Below are positions 40,887 through 57,587 of a DNA stretch of 64,000 bases, one piece after another. The translations under genes were made by a program, and so were the position numbers. The DNA is from Azolla caroliniana (lineage: Eukaryota > Plantae > Polypodiophyta): assembly GCA_043228905.1 (NCBI GenBank), contig JBHGNT010000001.1, forward strand, positions 12,338,001 to 12,402,000, in the 5' to 3' direction. How positions within the stretch are numbered: position 1 is the first letter of the stretch; each line of letters opens with the position of its first letter. The notes beneath the pieces are model-generated. The model saw only the letters and a program-made list of their open reading frames with translations. It had not been told where the DNA came from and searched no databases.

Positions 40887-41730
40887 TGTTGAGCGGCAAG
40901 CTCAACTGGAGCCAGATCGGCTGAATAAGCCTGAGCCGGCAAGCGAGACGGATCGGTAAGCTATGAGCAACCGAGCCAGCAAGCAACAGAGCCGGTGAGC
41001 TAGGGAGCCGGTTAGCCGGATCCAATCAGTAACCGGAAGCCTAGTATTAGTGTAGACTACTAGGCAATTATAGTCTCGTAGTAAGTGTCAAATGCTCGTG
41101 TGAGCATTGAAGTACGCGGTACTTCTGTCAGTCCAACGAGGACTTGTATAAATAATGCTACTAAGCATAGTTGTATTGACACACAGAGTGCTTATATCGT
41201 TTTAAATATAGCTTTTACGTTTTGCTCTCTCTATCTCTCCTGTGTATTCCCTACGTTCTCTGTTTTCTAACGCTTCCGCAAGTAATCGTTTACATGGTAT
41301 CAGAGCGCGAGGGTTGAGAACCTCCTCTGCAGCCGACAAACGCCTGAAAGCAAACCCTAACAGGTTGTAAAACAACAGATAGAGAAGTGATGGATAGAGG
41401 GATGGCTAGCTCGCTCCTTGTGGACAAACTCGACAGATCCAACTATGCATCTTGGTCGTATAAGATGCACCAATACCTGCTTGGGCATGGCTACTAGAGT
41501 TTTGTCGAAGGTGCCAACGAAACAGCACCTGATGCGGCACATAAGGACTTCCCAGTGTGGGAACAATCGGCAAGCAGAGTGATGTACTGCTTCGTGTCCA
41601 GTGTCGGAGACCAGCTACTGAGCCACATCCGAGATGCCAAGATGCCGAAGGAGGCTTGGGGAAACTTGAAGAAGGTCTTCGCCGCGAGCACAACAACCCG
41701 GAAGCTGCAACTCTGACAGGAGTTGACCAA
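40887..41730 (+). mobile_element. Truncated Copia element B: LTR 40887-41294, iMet PBS, gag start
   Basis: TGTTGAGCGGCAAGCTCAAC..TTTACA, then TGGTATCAGAGC, then gag MASSLLVDKLDRSNYASWSYKM; breaks at about 41730. Confidence 0.88.
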
Positions 41731-42454
41731 TGTGCTTCACGATATAAAAATGAGCTTAAATGTTGCATTTAATAATATTTGAGAGACTTGAACCCACATC
41801 CTTATATATGAAATACAATGTACATACCACTAGGCTAGGCTATTTATTTGTAAAGTGTGTAATAAATGTGCTTCATGATATAAGAATGAAGCTATATATT
41901 GTATTAAGTAAAATTGAGAGACTTGAACTCTCAACCTTGTATGCCAAACACAAAGTATACACCACTAAGCTAGGTTAGTTATTTTAGAATACATTTTCAT
42001 CATTATACTTATCCCATATCTATTTTCATACATGGGAGCTCAAGTGAGCATGATGGCTACCATGCATCATGTGCAATACATGTGCGCCAAATGGCGATCA
42101 TGCATTACATGTAACTCATGCATTGCATGCATGCCATGCTCCCATACATTACCATATGCATGACAACACTTATGTAAAGAGGGGCAAGGAAAACAAGAAA
42201 TAATCAAGAGAAAGTAATACAATCAAGTAAAGAAGATTAGCTCATTGGGTGGAGAACCTCTTGTTTCGAAGTTGAGGTCGAGGGTTCAAATCAAGGGTCG
42301 GTATTGAAAAGATTCATCTTACGATCAAGGATTGTAAAATATTATATTTTTAATATACATTATGTTTATATCATATACTCTTGTTTCTAGAATCATACTT
42401 TGTCTCAATCTTCTTTCTTGAATCATACATTGTCTCTATCTTTTATCTATGCTC

Positions 42455-42527
<73 letters not shown>

Positions 42528-42634
42528 TACTCGTAACTCTTCGTCTTACTATCCTTAACCATTCTATCATCACCATACAAGCCTTATTAAAAGTTAAGTT
42601 TCTTCAACTCCCCTTAACCTTAGTCCCCGTGACT
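41728..42634 (+). mobile_element. 5'-truncated Gypsy-type LTR carrying tRNA-like boxes, inserted in the G2 integrase
   Basis: Ends TAGTCCCCGTGAC(T) exactly where the integrase frame RKIEEG breaks. Shares CCAAATGGCGATCATGCA with LTR 60457-60871. Three A/B-box pairs. Confidence 0.55.
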
Positions 42635-44226
42635 TCGCCTTCCTCGATCTTCCTTGGCTTGAACCGGTGTGTTTGGTCGAACCGGGCTTTGTTCCATATT
42701 CTCGCTACCCGAAGTTTCTCCGCGGCTCTCTCTACGTCCTCCGGCCTCCGCTCGAGCTGTCGAATCCGCGCCGCCAACAGTTCCTCTCGGCTCATCTCAT
42801 CCCTCCAGTCCACCGTGGCCCACGAGGAGATCGTTCGTTCTGTTGACATGATCGGCTTCTGTCTGAACATAAGCTCGGTCGGCATGAACCCGGTTACCGA
42901 ACTGTGCGTAGTCCGGTCCGCCCACAAGGCATAAGGTAGCAGCCACGGCCAGTCCCCGACTCGGCCTCCGCACGCCCGTACTAGCGCTTTGACAATTGGC
43001 CCATGTCCGCGCTCCACCTTCTCGTTCGCCTCCGGATTGTACGTTGTGGTGAGCGAAAGTTTGACTCCTAGCCGGTCGAACAACTCTTCGGCCTCTTCTG
43101 CGTCTAACTCACCACGGTCAGCCACGATCTTCCCTACGCACCCGTATCGGCATACTACGTCCTCAATCAAAAACCGGCACACGGATGCCGTCGTCTTGTT
43201 CTGTAGGGCTCGGCCTTCAACCTGGTTCGTTAGATCTTCCCGAGCCAGCACCAGATACCGCATCTGTCCTACCCCCATTGGCATCGTCACCAAATCCACC
43301 ATCCACTTGAAGTGGACGGTCGGAGGGTAGGTTGGGTGAAGCTCGTCCCGATGTCGGACCATGGAGTGCACCTGACAGCTTTCGCAAGTCATCATGAACC
43401 GATGCATGTCCCGGTATAGTCCCGGCCACCAGTACTTCCCCTTTAGCTTTTCGAACGTGGCCCACGTTCCACGGTGTCCAGCCCATGGGCTATCGTGGTA
43501 CGCCGCCAACAAATCCTCATATTCCTCCTTCTTCGCCACCACTCAGAGCGGGATGTCGTTCCTCGTCTTCAGGTGCTTCCATATGTACCCATCCCGGAGA
43601 AAGAATCGGTAGGCTTTCTTCCGAATCTGGTTGGCTTCGTCCGTTGTCCATGCCGCGTCCGGTGTCATTGTTTTCAGTAAACCGCCGATCTGTAGCCACT
43701 TCCCGTCATACTTGCTCTCGTCGAAATCGTTAAGCGTTGGAGAGCATTCCCTGCCGGTTGTTACGTAAGCCGCCTCGAAGAAGTTGACGCCGACTTCCTC
43801 GTCCTCTGAAACCATGCCGCCGTCGTTTTCGAACCTCGCCCTTGAAAGCATGTCGACCATGGCATTGTCTTTCCCGGAAATGTGTCGTATTTCCGGATTC
43901 AGGGAGTTGATGTACACTATACACTTGAGCATTGCCAGGTCCGACGTCACGCATCCAGAAACCATGCCAAGGATCGGCAGGCAGTCCGTCTCGATAATTA
44001 CCTCTGTCCCGATCAGGTAGTCTTTATCCGCCTTTACCGCCGAAACGATACCCCAGAGCTCGCGTTTAACCTGGGCGTATCCTCGCAGTCGCTCGTTGAG
44101 GACCTTCGCGCCGAACCGGATCGGGGAACGCACGCCGTCCTCGTCCTCTTGGTTGATGACCCATCCGATCCCGGTCGGACTCGTGTCTACCGTTACGTAA
44201 ATTGGAGTGCTCTTTCCGTAGACAGC

Positions 44227-50023
<5,797 letters not shown>

Positions 50024-51591
50024 ACATTCTTTCGGAGCGCTGGAGCCGCGGCAAGTGCTTCCTTCATCTTCCGGACAGACTCCATATGCTCGTCTCTCCA
50101 CTCGAATTTTCGCCCCTTTTTCAGCAACCCGTATAACGGCTCCGCGACATGAGCGTAATGTGGGATCCATATGTGGTAGAACGTGCACGCTCCCAAGAAC
50201 CTCCGAACCTCCGTGGCCGAGCTACAGTCGTTCTTCATCGCGGAGATGGCTTCTACCTTAGCCGGAGACAGTTTCTGGGGGTACGGCCCGCATAGGTGTC
50301 CGACGACCATGATCTCTGATTGCCCAAAGGCCGATTTTCCCCCGGAGAGGGTGAGCCTCGCGCCCTCCAACCTCAGGAGCACCTTTTCGCAGTCATTGAT
50401 GTGTGTCGCCACGAATTTCCGGCATCCGTCCAGTCCGATTGTCTCGTCCCTTTCCTCCACCGGGCATCCCTTGATCGGGACGTCATCCAAAAACGGCATG
50501 GTGATGTCCGGGATACAATCCCTCAGCACTTTGTTCATTGCGTTCACCATGTGAGCCACCGAGTTCGTCCCTCCTTGCGGCAGGGTACACATCCGTACTA
50601 GGCCGAGAGGAGTTCGCATTGTTGTGATGTCTCTGCTCTCTACGGCAAGCTGGAACTGATCGTACCCCGAGTAGAGATCACCGACCGAGTAAATCGACCT
50701 TCCGGCGAAGGCCTCCGCAAACTCGTCTATTGTCGGTCTGATTCCTGCGTTTCGAATGGTCACCTTGTTGACCGGCTGCAGGTCTTGAATAAAGCGCAGC
50801 GTGCCGTCCTTCTTTGGCACAGTAAACCACCGATTCGAGTATGGGGCACTCGACGGTTCGAGGATTCCCATCTCGACCTTCTGCTTTAACAGCTCCATCA
50901 GCTTCGGGATGTGAGCTCTAGGTACTGGAATCGGTTTGAGACTCCACGACACATGCGGTACCGTGAATATCACCATCGGTTCCACGACTGTCGGGTCTAC
51001 GCACCCAATCTCCTCCGGTGAGAATGCGAAAGCCTTCCCGTGCCTTCCGAGCATTCCCCGAAACCAGTCCTCCTCCGCCGGCAGTAAGAAGCCGCCCCCA
51101 CCAACCTTGAGCTCCCGTAGCGTTATGTCGGTGAACGTGTGTCCTATGCGGGTTGGATTTCGTAAACTCGGGTCCAACGCAACCCCTTTTATTCGCAACT
51201 CGTTGCCCTCCGGCAAGGGAGCCGCGACTAGCCTCACCTTCCGGTCCACAGTCTTGTACCTCGTGTCCACCTGGGCCGTCCGATCCGACTCGAGCCCTCT
51301 ACTGAACTCCGCGATGACTTCGTACATCTTTTCCGAACATACCGGAATCGTCCGGTCCTCTTTAAGGACTCCTCCGACTACCTCTCGCAGCTCCCCCAAG
51401 GTATCGTCGAAAGAGACCGCCTCCACAGCTCCGTTGATTTCCTCTCCAAGGCCGAGGATACCACATGCCCGAAGTTGCTCCTCCGCCCTTTTCTTCTTCT
51501 TGCCAACAACGTCGACTATCATACACCCTCCATTGTCGGAGAACCAAAATTTCCTACTTATAGTACAGGTCTTCTTCGCTATCGTACACTT

Positions 51592-51657
51592 GTGGGGTTT
51601 TCCCGGAGTGTCTGGACTATCGCGGCCCCACGCCTTGATAGCCCTCTCTAAAAATCC
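51592..51657 (-). promoter_or_regulatory. Predicted -1 ribosomal frameshift signal (GGAUUUU plus H-type pseudoknot) between protease and RT
   Basis: G GAT TTT TAG, 6-nt spacer, stem GGGCTATC/GATAGTCC, loop GTGGGG pairing with downstream CCCCAC. The -1 frame is open into RT. Conserved at 2338-2403. Confidence 0.7.
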
Positions 51658-53895
51658 TCTCGACTTTCGCCCCCGAGGGTCTCGCGGTTCCGCTCATGGT
51701 TCGGTCTCACCGTCAGGAACTGGACCGAGTGACGCCCATCCTGGCTCTTGACCCTTGCATAGGCCGAGCCGTTGTCCAGCACCTTGGTCTCCATCCGTGC
51801 TGCCATGATGTACGGTTCTCCTAGTATAACTGGATGTGAGGACGTCTCCTGTACGAAGAAGTGCTGGTCAATCTCGACATCGCCGATCTTTACTCGTACA
51901 TTCGGGCAGGCTCCATGCAGCTCTTCGGTGGCACGCGTCGCTGCACGTATTTTCCACCCGTGCTTGGTGTTGATCAGCCATTTTCCCTTCTTATAGAAGT
52001 ACATGGACATCAAATTGATTTCTGAACCATGGTCCACCAACGCCACCACCGGTTCATGAACATCTCTGATCTTCACGGGGGTCTCCGTGGTCACTCTGGC
52101 CCAGTGCGGCCTCGAATAGTGGCTCTCCACCAACTCGTCTTCCAGCGCCATGTCCTCTATGTGCGTCGTCCGCACCTCCACCGGCTTCTCCGGTTCTGTC
52201 TCCGTCGACAGCCTCTTCCTCTTCACCAAGTCTACAATGGAGTCGTGGAACTCCTTCTTGGCGATCCCGAGCACTTCCCTCAGCGACAGTTCCACCTTGT
52301 TGTCGAGGATTCGTTCTTCTAGGACCTTTCGTAGGTCCGTGGATCTTTCGATTTCTGTGCCCAGCCGGTACCCGCCCTTCTTGGGATTATCCTGGGCGTC
52401 GGTTACACCGGCCTCATTCCGTCTTTGCCCGAATCGAGTTTCATATCGCTGCGAGGGCCCGGCCCCTCCGATTTTCCCTACCCGCTTGTCCTCCACCAGA
52501 GCCTCGTAGTTTTGACAAGAGGCTTCGACGAAGCCCGTCTTTTCTTCCACCGGGTCACTCCACCCGGTTATCTCCCGGACCCGTTTTTCCGCGCGGTCCG
52601 CCTCTTCTTTCCTTAGCTGTGCGCCGGCGAGACCTTCCAGCATCGTCGGCTAGAACCCGGCTTTGTTCGTCTTCGGGGACTCGCCACCTCCGACCCGAAT
52701 ACCAGCTGACGCCGAGTAGTGGACGGTCTTCGCGTGACGAGCCGCCGCCTCCTCCATCAACCTTTTCATACCCCCTCGCCCGACGTTCAGGTTCAAGGCC
52801 CTTCAGGTCTCGCTGGCGTGCACCCGACCGTTCCACAGGTACACCACGTTGCTTCTCATCGCCTCGGCGAAGTCTCCGTAGTCCTTCCGGATGTGCCCAA
52901 CCGCATCACACCACATGCACCTGTTTTCAGCCAGAGGTCGTCGGTCACGGGCCTGTTCGCCACCATCCCTCCGTGCCTGGGCGATCTGGAGATCCTTTAC
53001 CATCCGTGTCACCTCCTCCAGAGCTGCTCCCCCGGACGAGCCCTTGACCATGCCGGTTGAAGCCGACCCGGTCTCGAGCCAATCTCGGGTCTCTTCCCTT
53101 CGCATTGGTGGTGTTGGCTCGAGCTTCCTTACTGCGACAGAGCCCGCCCTTGTCGATCCTTTGTCAACCCATTCCCGCCGTTTGTCGAAACGGCCACAGA
53201 CCCTTTTCACCACGGCCCAATCGGCCGTCAGCCCGTCATCAGTCTCCAATAGGAGGCCTACCTGCTCCCGATCCCGCTCGTCAACCGACTTAACAAACAA
53301 TAGGACACGGCTTGTGTCCAGAACGGTCTGGTCAAGCACTGAGAGGCGCGCGAAGAGTTCCTCAAACTCCCGAAGGAGCACTAACGCGTTCCTTCCTTTG
53401 TCAGGGGTCTCCACCCACTCCATGAAGTCCCGCTTCGAAAGTCGAAGCGCATCTTCAAGCCCGTATCTTTCGAGGAGCCGACCTTCGAACTCCTCCCAGG
53501 TCCGGCTCTCGGCCCGTACCTCGAGCACCTCCGTATGGATGCCCGGCATCGCCACTCGAGGGAATCCGGCTAGACGCCTCTCTTCCGGAATGTCCCTCAT
53601 TACCATCTCAGCCCGGTAGGACGCCAAGTAGCTCGTGGCATCCTTCCCATTAAACTGGCCGATCGTACCGACAACCGCCTCGATAGCCCTATCAAGGGCG
53701 TCGGTGCCTTCGCGCGCACTCACTATACGGTCCACAGCCGAAGCCATGGCTTCTGCGAAGTCCGACCCCCTCATCTTCTACTCCTCTGCCGCCTGTTCAC
53801 GTCGGGTTCACCAAATATGTCGCGTTGCTACGCGCGTGCGTGGAGAACAAGGCGGGACAACTGGGGTCTTGGACCGAGGAATAGGTGAGGAAAAG

Positions 53896-56508
53896 AGATA
53901 GATAGATAGATAGATTATATTATCGTCTTCGGAGGTCAAATATGACCTATGAGACCAAAAATATTACATTTCACGTGATATGTGTGAAAGTGAGTAGTGA
54001 CTCTCGATGTTCAAGAACTTTACCAATGAATGTTGCAATCAAGAGTGCACATTGTGGTTGTGAGAGGAATTCATGCAAAGATTGGGCTCGATCGAAGAGA
54101 TGTGTAAAGCATGGTCGAATATGATCAAAGGCAGAGCATTGTATCAAAGTGTGATACTCAGACTAGCGAACTTGTTTAGGGCAAAGTGCGCATAGCCGAC
54201 CACTCTCATCACTTGTACCCCAACGCCCTGTTTCACATCGCAATGCATGTGAGCTAAGTCGCATGGAAGCAATGGTTCGAATGGAAGATAACGGTATGGG
54301 CTCTAACATGTATGGATGTGTACGATTTCCCCGTTCCGCGAAGAATATGGTTTTGTAGTTAGGTGCAACATGTGTAGTATAATGTGTGAAGCGTGAGCCT
54401 CCACATTTGTCCCATGTCATGATACATTGGCGTTGCAAAAATGCCTCATTTACAGAGGAATCTAATGATGCATCATGAAGCAAGTGTCTCGCATCCCATC
54501 TACCAAACCATTTTTCTATATCTTGCATCCAACCGGAACACAAAATTTTGCTTTTATGCGTCTTTTGGATCTTTTTGCTTGCTTCCCACGCAATTCTAGG
54601 AAGTCGATGTGAGGGACTTTTTTGAACCTTAAGCATGTATTCAACAACCCTTTCCATGGCCATGATCTCAATGGGAAGCGATCCCGTCTCAAGGAGGAGG
54701 AGGGTGTAGGGCGTTTGTTTCTTAACTTGTAGAAACTTGGTAAGAAAATGCTTTTGGACATTTTCAAACTCTTTCCACATAGATTTAGGGATGCTACCAC
54801 CCCATACTTCCACCCCATAGAGAAGCACCGGTGTCACCAAAGTGTCGAAAAGATATTTCTTGAGGACCCAACACTTAATATCTCCAAGATTGCATGTGTT
54901 CTCAAATGCATAGTATGCTCGCTTGCCCGCCTCTAAGCGGCGTGTAGCACATTCATTCCATCTATGATTTGAAGGAACTTCAAGGCCAAGATATTTGAAG
55001 CTTTCTACACATTCAAGTGGCTCATTGTTGTACATAATGCATGGTTTATCTCTTTTTTGGCTCTTCACAAGCATAATCTTTGTTTTAGAGCTATTGACAC
55101 TTAATTTAGTATGCATGCAAAATTTTTCCAATGCCTTCATAAGCTTTTGTGCATCTCCTAAAGTATTTGCAAAAAGCACTACATCATCTGCATATAGCAA
55201 AAGCATAATCACAACATTCCCAATGGCAACTTCTTCAACACATTCTTCCTTTGCAAACTTGGTAACCATTTCTTCCAATTCATCAATGCATAGACCAAAT
55301 AGTGTTGGTGAGAGTGGGCATCCTTGCTTAACACCAATAGTGCTTTTGAAAAAATCTGAAAGTTTACCTCTCATGCGCACACAACATATAACCTTCTCAT
55401 AAATTCGGGAAATTGCAAGCATATATTCACTTGGCACCTCAAGTTCTTCCATTCGCCTCCAAAGATGCTCACGAGGTACCATATCAAAAGCTTTCTTGAA
55501 GTCTACAAAGCAACAATATAAACCTTTACCTCTAAGGCGACTTTCCTCCGTTAATACTCGAAAGGTGATAAGGTGATAAATGGTGCTATGGTGTTTCCGA
55601 AAGCCAGCTTGTCCATAAGCTCTCTTACCACTTTTTTCAGCCCATACACTTATCTTTGATTCCATTATACATCCAAATAGTTTTGCCATTAATGAGCCAA
55701 CCATGATGGTTCGATAGTTGTTTACATTATTTATATCTCCACCTTTATGTAAAGGTTTGATCCAATTTGTAGTCCAATCGTACGGCATACCATGTTGCAA
55801 TGCATCATTAAACATATCGCTTATCCATATATGTGCTTCCTTTCCCGTCCATTTGAGCATTTCAGCCTTTATACATTGAAGATCGCTTGCCTTTCGAGAG
55901 GCCAATTTCTTAAGTCCTATGCATATATCTTCAATTGTAAAGAAGGGAGGCATATGTGAAAGAGAACCATAACACATCATCTTTCCAGCAAGAGATAACT
56001 CATATAAATTCTTACAATGCATAGACAAGTCGTGAAGAGTTAAGTCACCATAACTCTCAACACGTTTTCCCTTTAGATTTCCCCAAAATTTAGCACATGC
56101 ATGTGCTTTCTCTTGCGTTTGGATAAGTTGTTGAGTAACTTCCCATATTCTTCTCTTTCTTTGAATAAGCCTTTTATACTCATGCAAATGCTTTTGGTAA
56201 TTCTCTTTATCCTTAACTACATCCAAAACCATAAGGCACTTTCGAGCTTCATGACATTCTTTATCAAACCATTTTTTCCTAAGTTTCTTGGTGCATTTCC
56301 AAGATGTGCGATTGGTCGAAAAACATTTGTTTGTACATGAGAGAATGACTTTCTTGAAAGCTTCCCATTTGCATTCTAGTGTGGCACCATGTTGTATCTT
56401 TGTCATTTGTAACATATCCTCAACCATCTTGGAATACATGGGTGCTCGCTTAAGGTTCATGCTCAAGTGCGGTTGTTTATTATCTTCAATAGCCTTCTCA
56501 CAATCAAA
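53896..56508 (-). mobile_element. 5'-truncated RTE-X-like LINE with near-intact RT, inserted in the G2 LTR
   Basis: 787-aa ORF with FVDFKKAFD, GVKQGCPLSP, LLYADD and SSHALRCETGRW..RLCALC; one premature stop at 54163; (CTAT)n tail; no TSD visible. Confidence 0.92.
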
Positions 56509-56688
56509 GGAGGGAGGCCGTTTCACCCGTTTACATCACATTAATTCTCTGTCCTTTCGGACAGAGATACTCCTCGATTTCCCTTATAGAATATTGCTAC
56601 CTAGGATTTAACCTTTGTGCCTACCTATCTACTATACGACAAGGGACGTGCCCACGTGTAAGGGCCGGTTCGCACACACTATACACGG

Positions 56689-57587
56689 TGTCGTGCCTTT
56701 CGGCTCCGGATCATTTGCGTGAGTCGGGTGGGAACCGCTGGGGTTTTGGACTAGGAAGAGGAGAGTTTTAAGGCTAATCTAGTTATGAATATGAATAGAT
56801 TATAAGAAAGAGATATAGAAACTTGTGAATCCCACAAGTATAATTGTTTTAGTTTATCTAAATCGTAGTAATAAATTGAAATAATTTAGAATAGATTAGA
56901 GTAGATTGAGAAAAGAGATCAAACCTTGTGAATCCCACAAGTATTACATTAATCAATATTTATGTAAGAATATGAATTTAGATTGAAAGAGATAGATTAT
57001 CTTAAACTTCGTGAATCCCACGAGTATATTTTATTAATTGGTGTTTTAGGAAATATATCCAATTTCCCAAATATTTCACACACCTATTACATTGTGCTCC
57101 CCATCCTTATGTAGTGATGGGAGAGACTAAGCATAGCTACATGCTTTTTTCTAATATGTTCATGCACACTAAATGTGCATGTGATGCTTTTCTAATCCTT
57201 GCTTTTATTTGCTAAATATAGTGCTCATGCACGCTAGATGTGCATGAGTCACTTTTTAGTTGCTTGCGTTTTTCTATAAAATATTGACGCACTCTAAAAA
57301 TACATGATTTACCTTTTAATAAAGGTAGGCGCAAATAAAGCACTTATAGTTATTAAATCTATTTATAGAACACTAAAGATAAGGTAGCATAATGGTAAAG
57401 TTGAGATTTGGCTACGTGGAGGTACATGGTTCAAATCCTGCCCTAAGCACGTGATAAATATCTTGATATTCTTATTTTATTTATTGGTGATAAATATCTT
57501 AATATTCTTATTTTATTTATTTATATGTAATTAAATCGGTTATATTATTTTTACTTTTTCACGTAGTGTACGAAATACACTACGACA
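56689..57587 (-). mobile_element. Solo LTR (899 bp) with 4-bp TSD ACGG, inserted in the G2 LTR
   Basis: TGTCGT..ACGACA termini. Removing it restores ATACACGGTTTGCGCCTAGGG, matching the G1 LTR. Terminal hairpin CGTAGTGTA-cgaaa-TACACTACG; three GTGAATCCCAC repeats. Confidence 0.88.

Noticed and set aside
57378-57449. Functional tRNA gene
   Set aside because: The T-stem and anticodon stem do not pair properly; it is treated as a tRNA-derived cassette only.
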